Below are positions 10,001 to 18,279 of a stretch of 64,000 bases of DNA, in pieces; the first letter of the stretch is position 1; each line of letters begins with the position of its first letter. The DNA lies in NCBI GenBank assembly GCA_044360285.1, contig JBIKKP010000001.1:6874-70873 (forward strand). The letters run 5' to 3'. The notes under the pieces were generated by a model. It searched no databases. It was not told the origin of the DNA and was given only the letters and a program-made list of their open reading frames with translations. The DNA comes from Rickettsiales bacterium (GTDB lineage: Bacteria > Pseudomonadota > Alphaproteobacteria > Rickettsiales > UBA1997). The translations under genes were made by a program, and so were the position numbers.

Positions 10001-10304
10001 CATGTTGTTTTTTGAGTGCTTCGTTTGCGGTTTTGATGTCGAAAAGCTCGACCAAAAAATCCTCAAGAAGTCGCGCCAGATCTATTAAAACAGCTGATTG
10101 ATGTGGAAGAGAAAAAGCCGGCGGATTTTTTTTCAGCGCCAAAAAATTTTCTGCAACTTGCAGATTTTTTTGCGCCAGAAATTCGAAAAATTTTTGATCA
10201 ATTTTCAGCAAACCTTCGCGCTCATAAAGATCGGCAAACTCAACTCCAAAGCGGCTGCGCAAATGTTCTTCTAAATTGTTATTTTGGCTAGTTTTTGAGA
10301 GCAT
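7023..10304 (-). CDS. large fused FAD/NAD(P)-dependent oxidoreductase (GltD/DPD-like Fe-S + pyridine-nucleotide-disulfide oxidoreductase fused to a PyrK-like FAD/2Fe-2S reductase module)
   Basis: Cys clusters CIFCHK..C, C..CMKSC. Rossmann motifs VCGLGPAGYTLA and VIGGGLTAVD. C-terminal FRLQNYH, GPSGTP, IGGGRGNQP and CMMKGVCSQC. Confidence 0.65.
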   Translation of the reverse strand: MLSKTSQNNNLEEHLRSRFGVEFADLYEREGLLKIDQKFFEFLAQKNLQVAENFLALKKNPPAFSLPHQSAVLIDLARLLEDFLVELFDIKTANEALKKQHDDLQKIYVARREFVQRVVAKKFSQCPAGVDGLRIIADLKISFTEIDELEQKLADEILAEKNLEVLENYSAWALYSQEGRKLHKEGALFILPQKIDHQNLVEKAPEKKSRDGFDLTDKGFGLNRALAESHYCIFCHKQEKDSCRKGFEQKNPAEGKVEIKVDPLGIRLEGCPLKEKISEMNLLKSQGSSLGALAIAALDNPMLAGTGHRICNDCMKSCIYQKQDPVDIPQVETRVLKDVLALPYGFEIYSLLTRWNPLNLQENLPKENSGKKVLVCGLGPAGYTLAHYLLNDGHEVVAIDGLKIEPLNSEISGVDIFGSRQKFRPIKFLDEIYEPLSSRVIAGFGGVVEYGITSRFDKNFLKVIRLLLERRKNFRMFGGLRFGSSITDKIAFEQYGFDHVALCIGAGRPNIINIKNNFAKGIRMASDFLMSLQLTGAFKEELFTNLQVRMPALVIGGGLTAVDVACEVQAYYLVQIKKFAKRVSLIGREKIFAILSVEEKEIAEEFLRDEEKLRRGITNFCSVKILYRKKMQDSPAYRLNHQELTKAFEEGVEFVENVTPLAADLDEFGAIKNLLCADEKQFACRSLFVAAGTSPNLSPVIEDALDIPFAGKYFKALRPGSVITKIDENSKKAVSFLGDLHPLFEGNVVKAMASAKLGYQEISEILSKTRSDKTQITRDFAADFLVKIEKVERLSNHAVEVFVKAPLLARQTKVGQIFRLQNYHAFAKKIGDQLNAMEGVTVTALFVDEERGVISGIVVETGGSTSLIKNFKSGEPCVFMGPSGTPTEIPQKEKVVFIGGGRGNQPLTALAEAFSANGCEVIFFAGYRKNDFVVRQERMENSCAKMIFAVEEEAPNLKLQKPSSLQLQGSIIDAIKTYFAKNPQKIDRIFAIGNDAMMHEVAKLRHQNLVTEFAQARFAITSLNAPMQCMMKGVCSQCLQKRVNEKGEEDFFYSCASQDQNTDKLDFAHLQARCEQNALMEKTTKLWIEFLGI

Positions 10305-11775
10305 TTTTTACAATTTCTTCTTCATCAAATTTGAATTTTTCTTCACCAATTATCTGATATTTTTCATGCCCTTTTCCGGCCAAAATCAAAATATCTGAGG
10401 GCTGTAAAATTTTTAGCGCGTGAATAATTGCGTCTTTGCGACCAGCAATTTCAAGGGTTTTTGTCATATCGCATTTTTGTAAAATTTCTTTTCTAATCAA
10501 CGCCGCATCTTCTTTGCGCGGATTATCGTCGCTAACAATTACCAAATCCGCTAAGTCTGATGCAATAGCTCCCATCAAAGGCCGCTTAGCTGCATCGCGA
10601 TTTCCGCCGCAACCAAATAAAACTAAAACTCGAGCTTTGGAAATTTTTTTGGCAAGCTGCAAAACATTTTTTAGCGCGTCTGGCGAATGTGCAAAATCAA
10701 TAAAAACTTGCGCGCCATTTGGTAAGGTGGCAACGCGCTGCATACGCCCTGGCGCTGGCTGCAGCTGGTTGAAATTTTTCAGCAACTCACTTAATTCTTC
10801 TTCGCTTAATGGGTTTTTTGCCAAGACATTTCCTAAGGCGCAAACTGCGTTGAAAGCCTGAAAATCGCCGCTTGTTGAGAGTTCAAATGAGTAAGTTTTT
10901 TGACTAAATTCAAAGAAAACTCTTTGACCAAAGTCAAGTTGTTCAATTTTTTGCAGCTTTAATTGGTGGGCTTTGAAGCCATATTCAATTACTTTTAAAT
11001 TGCGCTCGTCGCAAGTTTTTTTGATCAAAGGAAATTCTTCGATGTCGCAATTAAGAACAACCGTGGCGCTATTTTCTAGGACGCTGCTGAAAAGCAAAGT
11101 TTTGCAGCGCAGATATTCTTCCATGCTTTTGTGATAATCGAGATGGTCTTGCGTGAAGTTGGTAAAAGCGCCAACAGAGATTTTCAAACCAGCGATGCGG
11201 CCTTGATGCAGGCCAATTGAGCTCACTTCGAGTGCAACGTCATCAACGCCATTTTTTTTCAAAATTTGTAAATTTTTGTAGAGCGAAACAATGTCGGGCG
11301 TTGTCAGTGAAGATTGCTGCAACCCTTCAATTTCGTGACTTGAAAACACACCAAGCGTTCCAACTGAAGCAGATTTCTTTCCTAAAAAATTTAGAATTTG
11401 GCGCGTAAATTCTGCGCTCGAAGTTTTTCCATTTGTACCAGTAATAGCGTAGATATTGGCTGGAAGCGGTGTATAAAAAATCTGCAGAACTTCAACAAGC
11501 AGCGCAAAAACATCTTCACAAATGATTTGAATATGGCCGCCCTCAGCGCGTTTTGACGTTGAAACTATGACAGTGGCGCCGTTTTTAAGCGCATCGTCGA
11601 TAAATTTTTCGCCATTCTGGCTTTGACCAGGAAGTGCAAAAAAAATCGAATTTTTTTTCGCTAAGCGCGAATCAAGAGTGATTTCTTCAACTGGCTGCAA
11701 GCCGCATGAATCAAGGCTTGGAGCGATTTCAAATTTACTTTTTACGCCAGAAAAAATCTGGGAGATGGTAAGCAT
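10288..11775 (-). CDS. murE: UDP-N-acetylmuramoyl-L-alanyl-D-glutamate--2,6-diaminopimelate ligase
   Basis: ITGTNGKTS P-loop and the DDNPR motif. Confidence 0.9.
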   Translation of the reverse strand: MLTISQIFSGVKSKFEIAPSLDSCGLQPVEEITLDSRLAKKNSIFFALPGQSQNGEKFIDDALKNGATVIVSTSKRAEGGHIQIICEDVFALLVEVLQIFYTPLPANIYAITGTNGKTSSAEFTRQILNFLGKKSASVGTLGVFSSHEIEGLQQSSLTTPDIVSLYKNLQILKKNGVDDVALEVSSIGLHQGRIAGLKISVGAFTNFTQDHLDYHKSMEEYLRCKTLLFSSVLENSATVVLNCDIEEFPLIKKTCDERNLKVIEYGFKAHQLKLQKIEQLDFGQRVFFEFSQKTYSFELSTSGDFQAFNAVCALGNVLAKNPLSEEELSELLKNFNQLQPAPGRMQRVATLPNGAQVFIDFAHSPDALKNVLQLAKKISKARVLVLFGCGGNRDAAKRPLMGAIASDLADLVIVSDDNPRKEDAALIRKEILQKCDMTKTLEIAGRKDAIIHALKILQPSDILILAGKGHEKYQIIGEEKFKFDEEEIVKNALKN

Positions 11776-11825
11776 TTCCTTTTGATTTTAGAGGTTGGAA
11801 CAAAAGGAAATTAAACCGTAAAATG

Positions 11826-12515
11826 TTAAATGATAAATTTTTTGAACAGCTTCGCCGCCTCTTTTGGGCTCTGCGCACGAGTAATTGGGCGGCCAACGAC
11901 AAGGTAAGATGAGCCATTAGCAAGTGCAGTTTTTACGTCGCAAACCTGTTTTTGATCATCATTTACAACCGCCTCTAGCCTGATTCCAGGACTAATGATA
12001 AGAAAATCCTTACCAAGATTTTGGCGTAAATTTTTTGCTTCAACACCAGAAGCAACAACGCCATCAAGGCCTGATTTAAGGGTCAGCGCGGCTTTTTTTA
12101 ATACAAGTTCTTCTAAGGAAACCGAAGGATCAAAACCCATTTCGCGCAAATCTTTTTGGTCAAGATTGGTTAAAACCGTCACAGCAATTACTTGCATTTT
12201 GCCCTTATTTTGCGCGGCCTGCTCCATGATTCCTTGGCTTGCCGCGTGGATGGTCAAAAGATCAATTTCGTGGCCGGCAAGATTTTTTACGGCGCGTCCA
12301 ACTGTTTGTGAAATGTCGTAGAGCTTTAGGTCGGTGAAAATTTTTTTTTGGCGGCTTTTAAGGAAGTCAATAAGGCGAAAATAATCGCCACTCATCATCA
12401 ATTCGAGGCCGATTTTGTAGAAAGAAATTTCGTCGCCAAGTTCATCGATTAAATTTTTTGCGGCAACAAAGTCAGGAACGTCAAGGGCCAGGATCAGTTT
12501 ATCTGAGGATTTCAT
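11826..12515 (-). CDS. pyrF: orotidine 5'-phosphate decarboxylase
   Basis: LILALDV, FYKIGLEL, DLKLYDI and VVGRPI motifs. Confidence 0.9.
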   Translation of the reverse strand: MKSSDKLILALDVPDFVAAKNLIDELGDEISFYKIGLELMMSGDYFRLIDFLKSRQKKIFTDLKLYDISQTVGRAVKNLAGHEIDLLTIHAASQGIMEQAAQNKGKMQVIAVTVLTNLDQKDLREMGFDPSVSLEELVLKKAALTLKSGLDGVVASGVEAKNLRQNLGKDFLIISPGIRLEAVVNDDQKQVCDVKTALANGSSYLVVGRPITRAQSPKEAAKLFKKFII

Positions 12516-12516
12516 G

Positions 12517-13110
12517 CTAAAGTTTTTTCTCTTCGCCAGTCATTAGGCGCAGCAAATTTTCTTTGTGACGATATAAAATCAACGCAAAGAGTATAGAGCA
12601 GAAAATCATTTGCGACATGGGAGCATCATGGACGGAAGAGAGTATGATTGAGGAAAAAATCGAGAGCAGAGAGGCGATAGAAGAAATACGAAACAAGCAA
12701 AAAGACAGGATCCAAAAACAAATCATCAAAAATCCAACCGCTGGATCGAGCGCGAAGATTGTGGCAATTGCAGTTGCAACACCCTTGCCACCTTTGAATT
12801 GCAGATAAATTGGATAGATGTGAGCGGCCACCGCAACTGCTGCAACAAGAACTAAAAACAAATGAAGATGGGAAGAATCATAAAAAGCAAAGCGAGCTAT
12901 GATTAGCATTATTGCGCCCTTGAGACCGTCAAGTAGCAGCGTCGCTAAACCAAGTTTTTTGCCAAGCACGCGTGCTACGTTGGTTGCACCGATATTTTTA
13001 GAGCCAAATTCCCGAACATCTTTTTGTGCAAAAACTTTTCCCAGAACTAGACCGAAGGGGATTGCAGAAACGAAATAAGTGAGAACAAGAAATAGAAACT
13101 GTGATATCAT
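12517..13110 (-). CDS. plsY: glycerol-3-phosphate acyltransferase PlsY
   Basis: GSKNIGATNV and FKGGKGVAT motifs; polytopic membrane protein. Confidence 0.9.
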   Translation of the reverse strand: MISQFLFLVLTYFVSAIPFGLVLGKVFAQKDVREFGSKNIGATNVARVLGKKLGLATLLLDGLKGAIMLIIARFAFYDSSHLHLFLVLVAAVAVAAHIYPIYLQFKGGKGVATAIATIFALDPAVGFLMICFWILSFCLFRISSIASLLSIFSSIILSSVHDAPMSQMIFCSILFALILYRHKENLLRLMTGEEKKL

Positions 13111-13119
13111 TGAAAAAAG

Positions 13120-13632
13120 TTACTCTGCGCTGTTAGAATCCTTATTTTTACGGAAAGCATCAAGAGATATAACTTTAGCCGACAAATCAACGCCAGCAGA
13201 CTTCTTATCGGTATTTAAATTTTTATTGGCTCGATTTGATTCACCAAAATCAACGTCCTCAGGATGTTCAAACTCGCTATAATTCATGCTGAACTTAAGC
13301 GCAAAATTCATCGAAGGATCAGAAAAAGAAGTGATTGCCTTGTATGGAACGTGCAATTTTTCATATTTTCCAACGAAGCTCAGCGACACTTCAAAATAGT
13401 CATCTTCAACAACGAGGCCGCGATATTGGTGCTGCATGACAATGGTCATTTCTTCCGGATATTTCTCGAGCAGCTTTTTAGAAATCACAGTTTCAGGAAA
13501 GCGCGTAGCAAAGGTAATGACGAAGTAATGCTTCCCGGGCAAACCAGTTTTTTGTACTTTTTGCAAGCTGGCACGAATCACAGAACGCATCGCCTTTTCA
13601 ATTATGTCGTCATATCCGATTTGGTCTTGCAT
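13120..13632 (-). CDS. sspB: ClpXP adaptor SspB (alphaproteobacterial type)
   Basis: KYPEEMTIVMQHQY, VPYKAITSFSDPSMNFALKF and a C-terminal VISLDAFRK ClpX-binding-type tail. Start set to M28 of the track ORF because the upstream 81 nt overlap the ssrA terminator. Confidence 0.8.
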   Translation of the reverse strand: MQDQIGYDDIIEKAMRSVIRASLQKVQKTGLPGKHYFVITFATRFPETVISKKLLEKYPEEMTIVMQHQYRGLVVEDDYFEVSLSFVGKYEKLHVPYKAITSFSDPSMNFALKFSMNYSEFEHPEDVDFGESNRANKNLNTDKKSAGVDLSAKVISLDAFRKNKDSNSAE

Positions 13633-13656
13633 GATGAAAATGAGTAAAATTAGGCC

Positions 13657-13695
13657 GAAAAAAATGCCCGGGCTTCTGTTGAAAGGTGCCCGGGC
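13657..13695 (-). terminator. rho-independent terminator of ssrA
   Basis: Minus strand reads GCCCGGGC (13695-13688) - 14-nt loop - GCCCGGGC (13673-13666) followed by ATTTTTTT. Confidence 0.7.
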
Positions 13696-14125
13696 GAACC
13701 CCGACAAGATCACTTATGCTAAGCAGCTACAGCCACTTTAGCAAATTCGAAATTGTCATTAGCAAAGTTATCGTTTGCGTTTACTTGTTTTGAACGGATG
13801 TCCGTAAAGCTTGCGCCTCTAAGACCGGCAGTTTCTCAACCGAGTAAAATCATTCCCTTTAGCGAATGTCGAAAGCTATTCACCCCCCTAACCGAAATTT
13901 TCAAGAGAATGGCTCAAATAACCTTCGTCACAGATTTTCATAAATCTGGGAGAAGGCGTTGCCACACAAGCGATGTGCCTTGAAATTAGATCGTAAGCCG
14001 AAAACAGCCGTTAAGGCTGTTTTCTCGGTGGAGGTGCTGGGTACCGCCCCCAGGTCCATAACGTTTATTACGAAATGCATTTATCACCATAGCGTGCAGC
14101 CCTTACGAACCACAAGCGCCAAGCA
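13657..14125 (-). ncRNA. ssrA: tmRNA, circularly permuted two-piece type (acceptor piece upstream, coding piece downstream); outer boundaries approximate
   Basis: Coding-piece 5' end is GGGGGTGAATAGCTTTCGAC from ~13887 downward. The acceptor 3' end is T-arm CTGGG-GGCGGTA-CCCAG + CACCTCCACC, ending at 14027. Pairing gives G3:U70. The tag frame is ...GCT AAT GAC AAT TTC GAA TTT GCT AAA GTG GCT GTA GCT GCT TAG (13763..13719) = ANDNFEFAKVAVAA. Confidence 0.85.
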
Positions 14126-14165
14126 AGCTAGGAACAAAAAAGAAATTAACAAGAGACGTAAAAAA

Positions 14166-14188
14166 GGCGGGAGTTTTTAAGTCCCGCC
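14166..14188 (-). terminator. rho-independent terminator (hairpin flanked by A/T runs on both sides)
   Basis: GGCGGGA-loop-TCCCGCC, followed by TTTTTT on the minus strand just after the 14213 stop. Confidence 0.7.
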
Positions 14189-14212
14189 TCAAGTTTTTTT
14201 AAGTAAGAGCGA

Positions 14213-14566
14213 CTAATAAACGCCGGCTTCTTTAGATGTTGGAGCAGATGGCACTAAATCCTGACCAGTAATTCTTTTCATCTCAGCGCGATGTCTTTCC
14301 ATTTCTTTTTTCACTTCTTCTCTTTGCAACGGAGTTAGAGATTTCATAACTTGGTGACGTTTTTCCATTCTTGCCCGCTCTTCTGGAGAGGCATTTTGCA
14401 TACGCTCTTCTCGACGTTGCGGCATGGCTTTTTTATCATTTGAACTAGCTAACTTATCGGCAGCAAATCCCCTTTCAGAACTAGCGGAAGGAGCGGCATC
14501 TGGCGCGGCTTGACAGATTGTTGAGGTAAAAGCCAATAAGGCAAAAATTGTTAAAAATTTTTTCAT
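14213..14566 (-). CDS. small secreted LTXXQ-motif (Spy/CpxP-like) periplasmic protein
   Basis: Signal peptide MKKFLTIFALLAFTSTICQA. LTPLQ motif. Charged helical body. Confidence 0.55.
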   Translation of the reverse strand: MKKFLTIFALLAFTSTICQAAPDAAPSASSERGFAADKLASSNDKKAMPQRREERMQNASPEERARMEKRHQVMKSLTPLQREEVKKEMERHRAEMKRITGQDLVPSAPTSKEAGVY

Positions 14567-14619
14567 AAATTTCGAATTTGATTAAATTAAGGAAGGCCAG
14601 CAACGCGCAGTAAAAAATT

Positions 14620-15759
<1,140 letters not shown>

Positions 15760-15761
15760 TT

Positions 15762-16325
15762 ATGAAAAAATTTTTACCGATTCTTATACTGGCTTTTTTG
15801 CTTGGGGTAATTGGCCTTTCAACCCACAAAATCAATAAGAGCCAAGACAAAATGATAGAACAACATTCGCTGGAAAGCGAAGGTTCAAACGTTGGTTTTA
15901 CGCCGGTAAAAATTCATTTACCGGATTTTTCTTTGCCTGATTTATTTGATGACTCAGCAAATTTTTCTAAAAAAGATCTGCAAAAAAACTATTCGCTGAT
16001 CAATTTTTTCGCCTCTTGGTGCACTACTTGCCGCGCTGAACACGCAATTTTAATGCGTTTGCACGATGAGAAAATAATCGATATTTATGGAGTCGCTTGG
16101 CGTGACATTGACGATAAAACCAAAGAATATCTAGCTCGCGAAGGAAATCCCTTCACCAAAACCGCCAAAGATTCACAAGGTCTATTCCATAAAATCACCG
16201 GCATTGAAGCGGTTCCAGAGACTTTATTGATCGACAAAGAGGGAAATGTTGTGATGCGTTTTCGTGGCAATTTACAGGAATTTGCAATCGATGAGATCAA
16301 AGAATTTTTGCAGCAACATCAGTAA
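15762..16325 (+). CDS. ccmG: thiol:disulfide interchange protein, CcmG/DsbE (TlpA family)
   Basis: N-terminal TM anchor, WCTTC active site and GIEAVPETLLIDKEG. Confidence 0.8.
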   Translation: MKKFLPILILAFLLGVIGLSTHKINKSQDKMIEQHSLESEGSNVGFTPVKIHLPDFSLPDLFDDSANFSKKDLQKNYSLINFFASWCTTCRAEHAILMRLHDEKIIDIYGVAWRDIDDKTKEYLAREGNPFTKTAKDSQGLFHKITGIEAVPETLLIDKEGNVVMRFRGNLQEFAIDEIKEFLQQHQ

Positions 16326-16346
16326 AATTCAGGTCCGAGTACCAAG

Positions 16347-16439
16347 CGTCATCCTTGGATCCACCGGGCCGAGGATATTGTGAGTTTTGTTATGTTGAAC
16401 AAAATGAGATCCTCGGCGCCTTCAGCGCCAAGGATGACG
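16347..16439. repeat. palindromic intergenic element (family A), full copy
   Basis: Outer arms cgtcatccttgg (16347-16358) / ccaaggatgacg (16428-16439). Inner arms ccgaggat / gatcctcgg. Small hairpin ggcgc-cttca-gcgcc. Confidence 0.75.
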
Positions 16440-16464
16440 AACTTACACTAAGGACAATAAAAAA

Positions 16465-16489
16465 CCCGGCTCTCTTTTGGAGAGCCGGG
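16465..16489. terminator. bidirectional rho-independent terminator between convergent ccmG and rpmB
   Basis: aaaaaCCCGGCTCTCttttgGAGAGCCGGGttttttt. Confidence 0.8.
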
Positions 16490-16520
16490 TTTTTTTATAC
16501 CCTCAAAAATCCTAAGAATT

Positions 16521-16874
16521 TTAGGCGGCTGTTTTTTTAGCTACTTTCGCCTTTTTTTCTTTGACGATTTTCACTTCAGAAAGCTTGCCTGAATCAACCA
16601 ATTTTCTTTTGATTTTGATTCTAAGTTTTTGACCCAATTTGGTTAGTTTAGCAGCGCGACAATTTACCAAGAAATTGTCGATGTTGCCATGCTTGTTGAT
16701 GGTGCGAAGCGTTGAGGCCGCAACCTTTAAGTTCAAATCACAACCAAGTACATCGCTTGCAAAAGCAACGTTATGTAGATTTGGAAGAAACCTTCTTCTT
16801 GTTTTGCGGTTAGAGTGAGAAACCTTGTTTCCACTCATTACACCAACAGCAAGAAGTTCACATTTTCTAGACAT
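16521..16874 (-). CDS. rpmB: 50S ribosomal protein L28 (Lys-rich C-terminal extension)
   Basis: MSRKCELLAVGVMSGNKVSHSNRKTRRRFLPNL. Confidence 0.9.
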   Translation of the reverse strand: MSRKCELLAVGVMSGNKVSHSNRKTRRRFLPNLHNVAFASDVLGCDLNLKVAASTLRTINKHGNIDNFLVNCRAAKLTKLGQKLRIKIKRKLVDSGKLSEVKIVKEKKAKVAKKTAA

Positions 16875-16901
16875 CGTAAGTTTTTTTAAATTTAAGAGCG
16901 A

Positions 16902-17267
16902 TTAACCCAAGTCGCAATTGAAGGAGCTTTTGCCAGTGATAGCAGAAACGATAGATGGAGCACCAAACATTGCAGCAATACCAGCTACAACACCGATCAT
17001 CAAACCCCAAGAGACTTTACCAGTAAAGAAACCGATACCAACTGAAAGAATTGCAAAAGCAGCAAAAGCTTTGCCTGCGTTTCCAGTGACAATTTGCATA
17101 GCACGACACATTGTATCAACAAGAATGTTTGAGTTCGGAGTGGCGCTAACGGTTCCAGATTGCGCAGAGGCATCAGCTGCAAAGAAAGGCAAAACTGCCG
17201 GTGCAACCGCTACTAAGAAAAAAGACAAAAGGGCAAACTTTGCCAAAAAAGCTGAAAATTTTTTCAT
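16902..17267 (-). CDS. virB2: type IV secretion system pilin, VirB2/TrbC family
   Basis: Long signal peptide ending AADASAQS, then two hydrophobic helices (AFAAFAILSVGIGFF.. / LMIGVVAGIAAMFGAPSIV). This mirrors the VirB2 layout. Confidence 0.7.
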   Translation of the reverse strand: MKKFSAFLAKFALLSFFLVAVAPAVLPFFAADASAQSGTVSATPNSNILVDTMCRAMQIVTGNAGKAFAAFAILSVGIGFFTGKVSWGLMIGVVAGIAAMFGAPSIVSAITGKSSFNCDLG

Positions 17268-17385
17268 GTTTCGATAATTGTTTGATGAGAAGGTCTCGAG
17301 GTTGGATGGCCAGGAAGCCAGACAAGCGGCGAATCGCGAAGCAAATTGCCAATCCCTTTCTAAAAATGCAACCCGCTTTTTAAAA

Positions 17386-18279
17386 TCATTTTATAGTTTT
17401 TATTTCCCATTCCAAATCGACACCGGTTTTTTCTTTTACTAAACGTTTAACCTTCTCTCCCAAGCCAATCAAATCGCTAGCCGAGGCCTTGCCGCGATTA
17501 ATCATAAAATTGCAATGCTTAGTGGAAATTTGTGCGTCACCTTGTTGCATTCCTCTACAGCCAGCTGCATCGATCAATTCCCACGCCTTTTTATCCACAG
17601 GATTCTTGAAGGTGCTGCCCCCTGTTTTGGCGCGAATTGGCTGCGCATTTTCGCGCTGCAAATTGAAAGCGGCAATTTTTTGCGAGACCTCTTCAACGCT
17701 TGATCTGACTGCTTTAAACGTCGCTTCAACAAAAATAAAATTTTGCGCGATTTTGCTGCCGCGATAATAAAATCCAAAATCAGAATTTTTTAATTCATGC
17801 AAATTTCCGGCAAAATCTAATGCCTTTGCGCTGACCAAAGTTGCGGCAATATCAGAACCGTAACATCCAGCGTTCATCGCTACAGCTCCACCAATTGAGC
17901 CCGGGATTCCAGTTAAAAATTCCAAACCGCCAAGCGCAGAATTTTTTGCATTCAAGGCAACATTGCCGCAGAGAGCAGCTGCGCCGGCGGTGACAAAATT
18001 CTCATCGCAAAAAACTTTCGCAAATTCGCCGCCAAGCCTTATTACCACACCATTCACGCCTTCATCAGAAATTATGACATTTGATGCAGCACCAAGAATT
18101 TTTATGGGAATTTCCTTTGGACAATTTTGTAAAAAATCCTGTAAATCTAAGATATCAGAGGGCTTAAAGAGAATTTCAGCTTTACCGCCAACGTCAAACC
18201 AGCTTTTTAAATCGGCATTTTGGCGATAAACTCCGCGCACTTTTGGCAGAGATTGTGGCGTAATTTTTGCGTCAAACAT
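17386..18279 (-). CDS. murB: UDP-N-acetylenolpyruvoylglucosamine reductase
   Basis: FAD-binding N-terminal domain, GGSTFKNP motif, ~300 aa. Confidence 0.9.
   Translation of the reverse strand: MFDAKITPQSLPKVRGVYRQNADLKSWFDVGGKAEILFKPSDILDLQDFLQNCPKEIPIKILGAASNVIISDEGVNGVVIRLGGEFAKVFCDENFVTAGAAALCGNVALNAKNSALGGLEFLTGIPGSIGGAVAMNAGCYGSDIAATLVSAKALDFAGNLHELKNSDFGFYYRGSKIAQNFIFVEATFKAVRSSVEEVSQKIAAFNLQRENAQPIRAKTGGSTFKNPVDKKAWELIDAAGCRGMQQGDAQISTKHCNFMINRGKASASDLIGLGEKVKRLVKEKTGVDLEWEIKTIK

Noticed and set aside
13633-13713. N-terminal 27-codon extension of the sspB ORF (MILSGFARAPFNRSPGIFFGLILLIFI).
   Set aside because: It overlaps the ssrA terminator hairpin and T-tract. Conserved SspB sequence begins only at the internal MQDQIGYDD.
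16918-17277. 119-aa plus-strand ORF opposite the virB2-like gene.
   Set aside because: The minus-strand frame gives a textbook signal peptide plus the two-helix pilin layout. The plus frame gives no recognisable protein.
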